A stretch of 32,450 nucleotides of DNA, taken from contig JACROO010000005.1 of assembly GCA_016214355.1 (NCBI GenBank), positions 1-32,450 on the forward strand, written 5' to 3'. Made by a program: the position numbers and the translations under genes. The stretch comes from Nitrospirota bacterium. GTDB taxonomy: Bacteria > Nitrospirota > Thermodesulfovibrionia > UBA6902 > DSMQ01. The notes below the pieces were generated by a model. The model saw only the letters and a program-made list of their open reading frames with translations. It was not told the DNA's origin and did no database searches. Of this stretch, positions 24,601 through 31,997 are shown piece by piece (positions within the stretch are counted from its first letter, which is position 1; the number at the start of each line of letters is the position of its first letter).

Positions 24601-25765
24601 TGAATTCAGGGGAAAAATAAATATAAAAGACAGCGCCGTGATATTAGCTGGCTTTCCTTACAAAATAGGGCCTGTAAACGGTGATGTATTTTTTAATAAG
24701 GACAGGATTACATTTGAGTCCTTTAACGCTGATTTTGCCAGCGGCAAGGTTGCAATATCAGGGATTGGATATCTGAAGGGGTTAACTCTAAGGGGGCTGT
24801 CAATTTCTCTTGCATATAATGACATTAAGCTCAGACATATTGAAGGAGTTAGTGCCGCCTTTGACGGCAGGCTTTTTTATGATTATTCAGCAAAGGGTCA
24901 GAGTCTTACAGGTGACATATTCATCAAAAAAGCAAAATACGAAAAAAGGACTGAGTGGAAAAGCGGACTGCTTACGCTTAAAGAGGTAAAAACAAAACAG
25001 CCGCCCCAAATACGTGTCGCACCGGCACTTCTGGCAAAAACAAAACTGAATGTGCATATAGCCGGGCAGGATAATATATCCATAGATAATAATCTTGCGA
25101 GGACGCCTGTAAAAATAGATATTACTGTGACAGGAACGGTATCGCAGTACGGGCTTATTGGAAAAGTTGAGGCATCAGGCGGGAGTATATTTTTCAGGGG
25201 CAACGAATTTAAGATTATTAATGGGAATACCGATTTTGTGGAAACTAACAGGGTCACTCCGGTCTTTCATATCCAGGCTGAAACCTTTACAAAAGGATAC
25301 CGTGTAAGACTTAACCTTGACGGCCCGGTAGATAAATTTACTTTATCACTCTTTTCTGACCCGCCCCTGACAGATACGGATATACTCACACTGCTCACAG
25401 TCGGACAGATAAGTAAAGAAGCAAAGGGATTTGAAAGCGGCATTGGAGCCGGTGAGGCAACCGCATTTCTTACCGGAGGACTGCAAGAGGTAATGGAAGA
25501 GAGATTTAAGTATATTACAGGTTTTGAACGTTTTGAGGTTGACCCGCATACTACTTCTACAGGTGCAGTCAGCCCCAAGGTAACAGTCAGTAAACGCTTA
25601 TTCAAAGAAAAGGTCTTTGTAACTTATTCTACATCAATAGGTACAACAGAAGAGAACATCATAAAACTTGAATATAATCTCGGCAGGAATGTCTCGCTCG
25701 TTGGTTCAAGGGATGAGATAGGCAGTCTGGGTGCGGATATTAAATTCAGGTTTGAGTTTAAATAG
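21695..25765 (+). CDS. tamB: TamB / AsmA-like translocation and assembly module protein
   Basis: 1356 aa. A single N-terminal TM anchor (LTLVFSAIFFIALIFFLL), a long beta-rich body, and a C-terminal DUF490-like end (...VGSRDEIGSLGADIKFRFEFK). It lies immediately upstream of bamA. Confidence 0.8.
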   Translation: MAKLLSEKKLLRYLTLVFSAIFFIALIFFLLRGPYLSNSIKRLILPVLEKATGERILIDKAAVNLFPFYLQAKEFKVFDKDGDRLLRITKIRAYIDFSGLFFKEIRIRRLTIREPELAVEKKELESVINSIKQYLENKKDEDISVSLKSAKITDGKFTLSDAETQTTVSGRELRSELAVKNSITAMLSLKYAGLKLPNLPEVKGSLEGTLKTDGSKFEFSGVKFISSGSVINAAGKINPFAKDNSTRGIFSGDANILISTIRKIFNLQKERDGELSLNGTLDLIAPQQTERSQQPALNKGNLNIKLNLKTKGWFYLETLMELLKIDENISGLISLNGKIQGVYPDLSGDADLTFKNGMLATLPIDSAAGIIKYKNKRFSLEDFTAHTYEGELKGNAYLYIPSGNYSVTADVTNINSPEFLKFIQWEPPFPRGKISGNFELIKEYNEDFDIRAAVSYINTTTEGTELKDRLNRIKGNIELGKGILRINHSQFSTALSDLFLNGDIDLNNNKLNLDLELKSRDAADLTSPHYNGLRAPVRFRGKATGSTMDPEIPGHIEIGTGSVNCVSFNSISGDLTYSIKTLLVKSLTIEEGKSTYDISGNIRFKKATKLFSFDSPYYDAAAVIKNGDAGSLLTAASSLTAECRQIPITGSINGELTFKGDARDFSGKGELNLNNGVVSGQTVDHAVIRAVLTPQKIDFLSVEVISGHSRVNAKGALYFDGRIDASAASENIELRDITSLANSSNYLAANINGKVSADIKGSGTIKNPEVKFFLNILESSFRGSKIGRGAVNGKLKDNRFFVKAELLEGIVTADAAGIFSKPVEWDMTVIFKKGNYDFLLSGLLKEVPSRSAVTVSLEGITKFAGQGSKVSMDSKFSFMDFSLYGYNLKNKKDVVLKLSENEFMIKSLSLAGKDADISASGTVKIGQNYNIGVDGRINLEPLRTASKAIESLQGEGNLAIGISGPWDTPEFRGKINIKDSAVILAGFPYKIGPVNGDVFFNKDRITFESFNADFASGKVAISGIGYLKGLTLRGLSISLAYNDIKLRHIEGVSAAFDGRLFYDYSAKGQSLTGDIFIKKAKYEKRTEWKSGLLTLKEVKTKQPPQIRVAPALLAKTKLNVHIAGQDNISIDNNLARTPVKIDITVTGTVSQYGLIGKVEASGGSIFFRGNEFKIINGNTDFVETNRVTPVFHIQAETFTKGYRVRLNLDGPVDKFTLSLFSDPPLTDTDILTLLTVGQISKEAKGFESGIGAGEATAFLTGGLQEVMEERFKYITGFERFEVDPHTTSTGAVSPKVTVSKRLFKEKVFVTYSTSIGTTEENIIKLEYNLGRNVSLVGSRDEIGSLGADIKFRFEFK

Positions 25766-25830
25766 CGCAGATGACCGCAGATGAAAAAACGAGATTAAGA
25801 GCACGGATGAGCACGGATAAAACACAGATA
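25766..25830. repeat. CAGAT/CGGAT-ended degenerate repeat array at the tamB/bamA junction
   Basis: gcgcagat gaccgcagat ... gagcacggat gagcacggat aaaacacagat aaaa. It contains both candidate bamA ATGs (25771 and 25807). Confidence 0.7.
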
Positions 25831-28569
25831 AAATTGAATATAGCAACAGCGTTCTTCTTGCTGCTTACTGTTTACTGCTTACTGCCTACCGCTACTATTT
25901 ACGCCTCGGATTCCGAAAAAGTAATTAAGGCAATTGAGGTGCAAGGGGTCAGGCGCATAAGACCCGAAGAATTAATAGAAATGATATGCCTTGCTGTTGG
26001 AGACCCGCTGGATAAAGATGTACTGCACACAGGCATAAAAAGGGCATTTAAAAAAGGGGTGTTCCTTGACATAAAGGCGGTAACCGAACCTTTACAAGAC
26101 GGGGTAAAATTGAAATATATAGTCAATGAAATACCTGTAATCAACAGAATACTCATTGAAGGTAATAAGTTTATTACTAAAAAAAGGATTAAAGATTTCC
26201 TTGCAAAGGCACCTAAGCATAGTTTGGCAGAAGGCGGGGATTTTATCCTTACAGGGCAGGATGTAAGAGACGCAGAACTCGCACTTTTAAACTTCTACGA
26301 CAAAAAGGGCGTTCCTAAAGTAAAGTTAAAAATTGAGGCAAAAAAAGACAAGACTCCATACAAAATTAACATTCGTATTATGATAGAAGAAGGGAAACCA
26401 ATAATTATTAAAACCGTATCTGCCCCCCCCGAGATTAAAGGTATAATGAAAGTGTCGGAAGGCAGCATCTTTGACAGAGAACTTGTGGATAAGGATATAG
26501 CTGAGATTAAGCAATATTACAGAGAGCAGGGATACATCAACCCCATCGTTGGCCCTTATGAATTCAAAGACGGCGAACTCTCCATCCCCGTTGCTAAGGG
26601 ATTAAAACTTGAAATAGATTTCAAGGGAAATACGATTTTCAGTTCAAAAAGCCTCATAAAAAAAATGCCGTTCATGGAAGACGAAGAGGTGACAGATAAA
26701 TTAATGGACGATGCGGCAAATCTCATTAAACAAATTTACTGGCAGGAGGGATATAATCAGGTTCAGGTTGCCGGCGGCATGGAAACAAAAGGGGATGCTG
26801 TAAAGGTAACTTTTTTTATATTTGAAGACAAAAAAGTTATTCTAAGAGAGATAATATTTGAAGGCATTACTATCCCGGCTCAAACCATAGAAGGAATTAT
26901 CCCGCTGAAAAAACAAAAACCTTTTGATGAAACCATATTAGACAGCAGTATAGAATCCATAATCAGTTTTTACAACGGACTTGGTTATCTTGACGCTGAT
27001 ATCAAAGAAGTGAAGAAAGAATTTAAAAATGACTACAAAGAACTTAAACTCATATTCGCAGTCAATGAAGGAGGACAGACAAAAATTGAAAAGATAAACA
27101 TTTCAGGCAACAAGGACATCAGTTTAAATGATATAAATAAAGTTTTGATATTAAATGAACCCGCTCCATACAATGCTGTTGATATTGAAGATGCAAGATA
27201 CAGGATTTTATCCCTTTACTCGCGTCTCGGTTATGCCGATGCCCGGGTTGAGATAGAAAAAATAATTGAAAACGGCAGGGCATTTGTTACTTTTAAAATA
27301 ACAGAAGGCAGGCGTTTTTCAATAAGAAAAATCGTCATTCGCGGCAATAAAAAGACAAAGGATACGATTATCAGGAGGGAATTTGATATAAAAGAAGGAG
27401 AACCATACAATTACGAGAAACTCTTAAGCGCCAAACAACGACTTTATAAACTCGGACTCTTTACCGAGGTTTCCATTGAGCCAATTGAGACAACTACGCC
27501 TCAACCCAAACGACAGGAGATTAATAAGGATAATTTAAAAGACCTTCTCGTCTCTTTAAAAGAAGGGAATGCCGGGGCGGTTGAAGTCGGCATTGGTTAC
27601 GGCGACTACGAAAGTCTCCGGGGCTTTTTTGATATAAGTTACCGCAACATGGGCGGCTATAATAAACAAATCGGATTAAGGACAGAACTGAGTTCAATAG
27701 AAAAAAGACATGTCTTAAGCTTTAAAGAGCCCCGATTTTTAAACAAGCCTCAATTGCCTCTAAAGATTTTTCTTACACAAGAAAATAAACGGGCAATAAA
27801 TCTGGATACAAAAGATGTGATGTATAAAATAGACAAGACCTCTTTGCTTTTAGGTGTTGATAAAGAATTAACCGAAAGATTAAAGACAAACCTAAACTAT
27901 GAATATTCCATTGTTGATACAAAGGACGTTAAACAAGGGGTAATCCTTAGTAAAGAAGATACAGGAACCCTCGGTATAAGCAGTATTTCGTCTTCTCTGT
28001 TCTACGACACAAGGGATAATCCATTTGACCCTACGGCTGGTTCTCTTAAAGGCATTGTGTTGAAGCTCGCTTCGGGTGCCCTCTTATCTGAGACAGAATT
28101 TATTAAAACAACTGTTCATGGCGCATGGTTTTTTAAGGTACAAAAGGGGCTTGTATTTGCCTTCTCTTTAAGGGGCGGCGGTGCTTACGGCCTGGGCGAA
28201 ACATCTGAACTGCCTCTGATTGAAAGATTTTTCCTCGGAGGCAGAACTACTGTAAGGGGATACAGTCAGGACACCCTCGGACCTAAAGGTGCTGAAGATA
28301 CACCTACAGGCGGTAATGCCTTTGCGATTGCAAATGTAGAACTCAGGATTTATCTCGTAAAAGGCCTGGGGCTGGTAACATTTGTTGACAGCGGGAATGT
28401 ATGGAAAGACACAAATGATATAGATACAGATTTAAAATATACCGCTGGAGGGGGAATAAGATACAATACACCTGTAGGCCCGTTCAGGCTTGATTATGGA
28501 CACAAATTAAATAAAGAAGGGGGTGAAAGCAGGGGTGAACTGCATTTCAGTCTCGGACATGCATTCTAA
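25771..28569 (+). CDS. bamA: Outer-membrane protein assembly factor BamA (Omp85, POTRA repeats plus beta-barrel)
   Basis: 932 aa. POTRA-like repeats (IKAIEVQGVRRI..., INRILIEGNKFI..., LREIIFEGITI..., IEKINISGNKDI..., IRKIVIRGNKKT...). Barrel motifs RFFLGGRTTVRGY and a C-terminal ...GELHFSLGHAF ending in Phe. The start is ambiguous (25771 or 25807). Confidence 0.9.
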   Translation: MTADEKTRLRARMSTDKTQIKLNIATAFFLLLTVYCLLPTATIYASDSEKVIKAIEVQGVRRIRPEELIEMICLAVGDPLDKDVLHTGIKRAFKKGVFLDIKAVTEPLQDGVKLKYIVNEIPVINRILIEGNKFITKKRIKDFLAKAPKHSLAEGGDFILTGQDVRDAELALLNFYDKKGVPKVKLKIEAKKDKTPYKINIRIMIEEGKPIIIKTVSAPPEIKGIMKVSEGSIFDRELVDKDIAEIKQYYREQGYINPIVGPYEFKDGELSIPVAKGLKLEIDFKGNTIFSSKSLIKKMPFMEDEEVTDKLMDDAANLIKQIYWQEGYNQVQVAGGMETKGDAVKVTFFIFEDKKVILREIIFEGITIPAQTIEGIIPLKKQKPFDETILDSSIESIISFYNGLGYLDADIKEVKKEFKNDYKELKLIFAVNEGGQTKIEKINISGNKDISLNDINKVLILNEPAPYNAVDIEDARYRILSLYSRLGYADARVEIEKIIENGRAFVTFKITEGRRFSIRKIVIRGNKKTKDTIIRREFDIKEGEPYNYEKLLSAKQRLYKLGLFTEVSIEPIETTTPQPKRQEINKDNLKDLLVSLKEGNAGAVEVGIGYGDYESLRGFFDISYRNMGGYNKQIGLRTELSSIEKRHVLSFKEPRFLNKPQLPLKIFLTQENKRAINLDTKDVMYKIDKTSLLLGVDKELTERLKTNLNYEYSIVDTKDVKQGVILSKEDTGTLGISSISSSLFYDTRDNPFDPTAGSLKGIVLKLASGALLSETEFIKTTVHGAWFFKVQKGLVFAFSLRGGGAYGLGETSELPLIERFFLGGRTTVRGYSQDTLGPKGAEDTPTGGNAFAIANVELRIYLVKGLGLVTFVDSGNVWKDTNDIDTDLKYTAGGGIRYNTPVGPFRLDYGHKLNKEGGESRGELHFSLGHAF
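25857..25902. repeat. CTTACTG heptamer array encoding the BamA signal-peptide core
   Basis: cttgctg cttactg tttactg cttactg cctaccg ctactat ttac, translated as LLLTVYCLLPTATIY. Confidence 0.85.
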
Positions 28570-29158
28570 AAACAGTGAAAAGTGTAAAGTGAATAGTGAA
28601 CAGTGTAAGAATACACCAACAACAGCGAGGAATATTTTTTCAGTTATAATTCATCATTCATTATTCCTCATATTTTTTCTCATCACTCATCACTCATTAC
28701 TCATCACTGCTGTTAATGCTGAGGTTATTGAACGTATTGTAGCCGTCGTAGATGATGATGCCATCACGCTCAGCGAATTTGATAATGCCCTTCAAACTGC
28801 AGTAAATCCCGAAGCAAAAACAGATGTCCTGAACGGAATGATTAACAGGATTTTACTTTTAAGACAGGCTAAAAAATTCAAACTGGAAGATTCTCAGGCA
28901 GCGGATGACAATGCCCTTATTAACGATTATATAGAAAAAAGGTTAAAGGCACTTATACGGATATCTCCTGAAGAAATTGAGCCGTTTTATGAAAAGAACA
29001 AGAAATCATTCGGTGATAAAGACTTCTATGATGCAAGAAATGAGATAGAGACATATCTGATAGAAAAAGAGTTAAACAGGAAACTGCTTGAACATATAAA
29101 AGAATTAAGAGAAAAATCTTATATAAGGATACAGATGGAAAATGAAAACCCTGATTAA
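28559..29158 (+). CDS. SurA N-terminal-domain-like periplasmic chaperone (no PPIase domain)
   Basis: After a hydrophobic N-terminus, ...AVNA/EVIERIVAVVDDDAITLSEFDNAL resembles the SurA N-domain start (IVAvVnd..It.sE). The ATG at 28559 overlaps the bamA end. A GTG at 28586 is an alternative start. Confidence 0.55.
   Translation: MHSKNSEKCKVNSEQCKNTPTTARNIFSVIIHHSLFLIFFLITHHSLLITAVNAEVIERIVAVVDDDAITLSEFDNALQTAVNPEAKTDVLNGMINRILLLRQAKKFKLEDSQAADDNALINDYIEKRLKALIRISPEEIEPFYEKNKKSFGDKDFYDARNEIETYLIEKELNRKLLEHIKELREKSYIRIQMENENPD
28573..28609. repeat. AGTGAAN heptamer array after the bamA stop
   Basis: cagtgaa aagtgta aagtgaa tagtgaa cagtgta ag. Same family and transcriptional orientation as 10463-10500 and 30165-30196. 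Confidence 0.85.
28650..28709. repeat. TCATCAC / TTCATTA heptamer arrays
   Basis: ttcatca ttcatta ttcctca ... tcatcac tcatcac tcattac tcatcac tg. This is roughly the reverse complement of the AGTGA(T/A)G units, and the same unit occurs at 7391-7421. It is translated as IIHHSLFLIFFLITHHSLLIT. Confidence 0.85.
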
Positions 29159-29167
29159 CCCGAATAC

Positions 29168-29620
29168 TTATAATTCTTTTATCACTGCTATTTCCTCGCA
29201 CTCAGGAAACATCGGGCATTTAAGGCAGTCGCCCCATATCTTTTGCGGAAGGACATTTTTATCTATATATTCAAAGCCGAGTTTTCTGAAAAACTCAGGA
29301 TTATAAGTAAGTGCAAAGACCCTTTTCACCCCGAGCAGCCTTGCCTCCTTCAAACACTGCTCAATAAGTTTTTTGCCTATGCCCTTGCCCTGATACTCCT
29401 CTACTACAGCAACCGACCTTCTCTCTGCAAGGTCTTCCCATAAGATGTGCAGGGCAGCAGTCCCTTTGATTTTACCTTTCTCTGCACAGACAAAAAAATC
29501 CCGTATATTTTCATAAATCTCATTCAAGGAGCGCGGAAGCATCTCGTCTTTTTTTGCGAACTTATTGATAAAGGAATGTATTGTCTTTACATCCTTGACC
29601 TTTCCCTTTCTAATATTCAA
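29168..29620 (-). CDS. GNAT-family N-acetyltransferase (short ArgA-like amino-acid acetyltransferase type)
   Basis: 150 aa. Acetyl-CoA motif VVEEYQGKGIGKKLIEQCL and a C-terminal KIWGDCLKCPMFPECEE tail, as I recall from short NAGS-like GNATs. Confidence 0.7.
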   Translation of the reverse strand: MNIRKGKVKDVKTIHSFINKFAKKDEMLPRSLNEIYENIRDFFVCAEKGKIKGTAALHILWEDLAERRSVAVVEEYQGKGIGKKLIEQCLKEARLLGVKRVFALTYNPEFFRKLGFEYIDKNVLPQKIWGDCLKCPMFPECEEIAVIKEL

Positions 29621-29626
29621 ATTGCT

Positions 29627-30175
29627 TTACCTCCTTAATTCCTGCAAACCTCTCCTCAGTGCAGATTCATTAATCTGTACCGTGTCCTTTTTACGTTCCG
29701 AAATTATCTCCCTTAATGTACTGCAGGCTGTGTCAACATTTATGATACCGGTCCTCCCGATAAGCGCACCGAGAAGCACCATGTTTGCAGCCTGGGGGTT
29801 GCCGAGTTCTCCTGCAACATCAGTAGCCTTTATCCGGATAATTTCTATGTCTGAACGTCCGGGTGAACTTTTAATTAAAGACGCATTCATTATTAAAATG
29901 CCGTCTGGCTTCAACCGCGGGACAAATCTCTGCAGTGAGGCATCATTCATAATCAATAGTGCATCGGGATTCTTTACAACAGGAGAGCCTACCATCTCGT
30001 CCGATATTATCACTGTGCAGTTGGCTGTGCCGCCCCTTATTTCCGCGCCATAAGACGGAAACCATGTCACATCCCTGCCCTCCAGCATCGCAGAATGCGC
30101 GAGCAGCTTTCCGGTAAATAAAATCCCCTGCCCTCCAAATCCTGCGATGATAAGCTGTAAAAAATTACTGTTCAC
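29627..30175 (-). CDS. 2-oxoacid:ferredoxin oxidoreductase gamma subunit
   Basis: 182 aa with a GTG start. IIAGFGGQGILFTGKLLAHSAM ... YGAEIRGGTANCTVIIS is the typical POR/KOR gamma signature. Confidence 0.8.
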   Translation of the reverse strand: MNSNFLQLIIAGFGGQGILFTGKLLAHSAMLEGRDVTWFPSYGAEIRGGTANCTVIISDEMVGSPVVKNPDALLIMNDASLQRFVPRLKPDGILIMNASLIKSSPGRSDIEIIRIKATDVAGELGNPQAANMVLLGALIGRTGIINVDTACSTLREIISERKKDTVQINESALRRGLQELRR

Positions 30176-30196
30176 TATTCACCATTCACTGTTGAC
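30165..30196. repeat. AGTGAAN heptamer array (minus-strand sense) at the korB/korC junction
   Basis: On the minus strand: gtcaa cagtgaa tggtgaa tagtgaa cagtaa. It contains the korB TGA stop (30186-30188) and the korC GTG start (30173-30175). Confidence 0.85.
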
Positions 30197-30950
30197 TATA
30201 TTTATCCTTAATCACGCCGAGCGGGAAAACAGGAATCATGTTCTTCTGCATCCACAATAAAGCCTCATGGGAACTCATCCACCAGTCAGTCGGACAGGGC
30301 GAAAGCACTTCAACAAGGCTGAACCCTTTTTCATCAAGCTGGCACTGAAAGGCTTTTTTAATGGCTTTTTTTGTAATCAAGATGTTTTTAGTGGAATCAA
30401 GAGACGTCCTGCAGATGAAACTTGGTCCTTCAAGCGTACAAAGCATTTCAGATATTTTTATAGGAAAGCCTGCTGTCTTCCCTTCCCTGCCCTGTTTAGT
30501 AGTTGTTGTCTTTTGTCCTATAAGGGTAGTAGGAGCCATCTGCCCGCCTGTCATACCGTATGTAGCGTTATTGACAAAGATAACGCTGAAATTTTCCCCT
30601 CTTGCAGCCGCATGTATTATTTCTGCTGTTCCTATCGCAGCAAGGTCCCCGTCTCCCTGATATGTAAAAACCAGCCTGTCTGGCAAAAGTCGCTTTATCG
30701 CAGTAGCCACAGCAGGGGGCCTCCCGTGAGCGGTCTCAATTACATCAAAATTAAAATAATCATATGCAAAGATAGCACAGCCTACAGGTGCAAAACCAAT
30801 CGTTTTTTCTCTTGCGCCAAGTTCATCAATTATCTCTGCAATGATTTTATGCAGCAGCCCATGCCCGCATCCTGCACAGAAACGAAAAGGAACGGGCTTC
30901 AGGCTTTTTGGTCTTTCGGTTATTTTTTTCACTTTAGTTCTTAGTTCCAA
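30186..30950 (-). CDS. 2-oxoacid:ferredoxin oxidoreductase beta subunit (TPP-binding)
   Basis: FCAGCGHG near the N-terminus and TPP motif GDGDLAAIGTAEIIHAAARGENFSVIFVNNATYGMTGGQ. The TTG start at 30950 lies within the repeat array. GTG at 30932 (MKKITERPK...) is equally plausible. Confidence 0.85.
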   Translation of the reverse strand: MELRTKVKKITERPKSLKPVPFRFCAGCGHGLLHKIIAEIIDELGAREKTIGFAPVGCAIFAYDYFNFDVIETAHGRPPAVATAIKRLLPDRLVFTYQGDGDLAAIGTAEIIHAAARGENFSVIFVNNATYGMTGGQMAPTTLIGQKTTTTKQGREGKTAGFPIKISEMLCTLEGPSFICRTSLDSTKNILITKKAIKKAFQCQLDEKGFSLVEVLSPCPTDWWMSSHEALLWMQKNMIPVFPLGVIKDKYSQQ

Positions 30951-30967
30951 GTTTTAAGTTCTTAGTT
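30933..30967. repeat. AACTAAG heptamer array (minus-strand sense) at the ppx/korB junction
   Basis: Plus strand: tttagtt cttagtt ccaagtt ttaagtt cttagtt. It contains the ppx TAA stop (30962-30964) and the candidate korB TTG start. Confidence 0.85.
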
Positions 30968-31888
30968 ATCTCTTTTTCTGTAGAGGTCAATCAGCATCCC
31001 TTCTCTTAAGCCATAATTGCTTACAATTATCTCCTTAAAGCCAAACATCTCCATCAGCTTAAGAAGTATAAGTGTTCCGGGCACTATAATGTCAAGCCTC
31101 TCCGGCTCAAAAGAATGGTATTTTATCCTTTCTTTTGCGGTTATAGTAGAAATCTTTGAATAGATGTCTCTTGCCTTCTTAATTGTTAACCTGAAATTAT
31201 GAATCTTGCTGTGTTCAAATTTTAAAAGATGTTGTGCCATAGCAGCCAAAGCTGTAACTGTACCAGCGGTTCCAATAAAAACCGTGTCTTCAGAAAACAG
31301 CTTTTTAAAACTTCCGGCTGCGGATAGGATTTTGCGGGAAACAAAATCACCCATTTTAGCTAAATCCTTCTTTCCCGGAGGGTCGTTCCTCATGTATCTG
31401 TCTGCCAAATATACAACCCCGAGATTCAGACTGCGGACTAATTCAGGCTTTCTCCTCCTGACAAATATAAGTTCTGTACTGCCGCCTCCAATGTCAACCA
31501 TCAGTGCAGTTTCAGGCAATTTAATACCTGCCATCATCCCCAAGGCGGTCTCGCTGATGACCTCTATTTTAAGGCCTGCTTCTTCCTTAGCCTTTTTTGA
31601 AAATTCATCCCTGTTTTTTGCATCCCTCAATGCGCTGGTTGCCACAACCGATGTCCTCAGAACATCATGCCGGGAAATTACATCGCTGAATTTTCTAAGG
31701 GCTTCTATTCCTCTTTTTATTGCCCTTTTAGTAATCAAAACCCGGCAGGTAATCCCTTCACCGAGCCTTGTCACGAGCCTTTCAGAATAAATCTTCTCAA
31801 TGCCGTTTTTTTTCACATTCCCGATAAGGAGCCTGAACGTATTAGTGCCGATTTCTATAACAGCAAGGGGTCTGGTCTTATCAGTCAT
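30962..31888 (-). CDS. Ppx/GppA-family phosphatase (short exopolyphosphatase / pppGpp phosphohydrolase form)
   Basis: 308 aa. AVIEIGTNTFRLLIG (phosphate-1), VVATSALRDAKN, and MVDIGGGSTELIF (ASKHA-fold motifs). Confidence 0.85.
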   Translation of the reverse strand: MTDKTRPLAVIEIGTNTFRLLIGNVKKNGIEKIYSERLVTRLGEGITCRVLITKRAIKRGIEALRKFSDVISRHDVLRTSVVATSALRDAKNRDEFSKKAKEEAGLKIEVISETALGMMAGIKLPETALMVDIGGGSTELIFVRRRKPELVRSLNLGVVYLADRYMRNDPPGKKDLAKMGDFVSRKILSAAGSFKKLFSEDTVFIGTAGTVTALAAMAQHLLKFEHSKIHNFRLTIKKARDIYSKISTITAKERIKYHSFEPERLDIIVPGTLILLKLMEMFGFKEIIVSNYGLREGMLIDLYRKRDN

Positions 31889-31997
31889 AAAAGATTATAA
31901 CCCAATAAAAAATTTCTTGACAACATCAGAGGCATAATCAATAATTAAGCCATATAATCCTTAACCTTTCCCGAAGAGGAGACATCGTTATGGGGTA

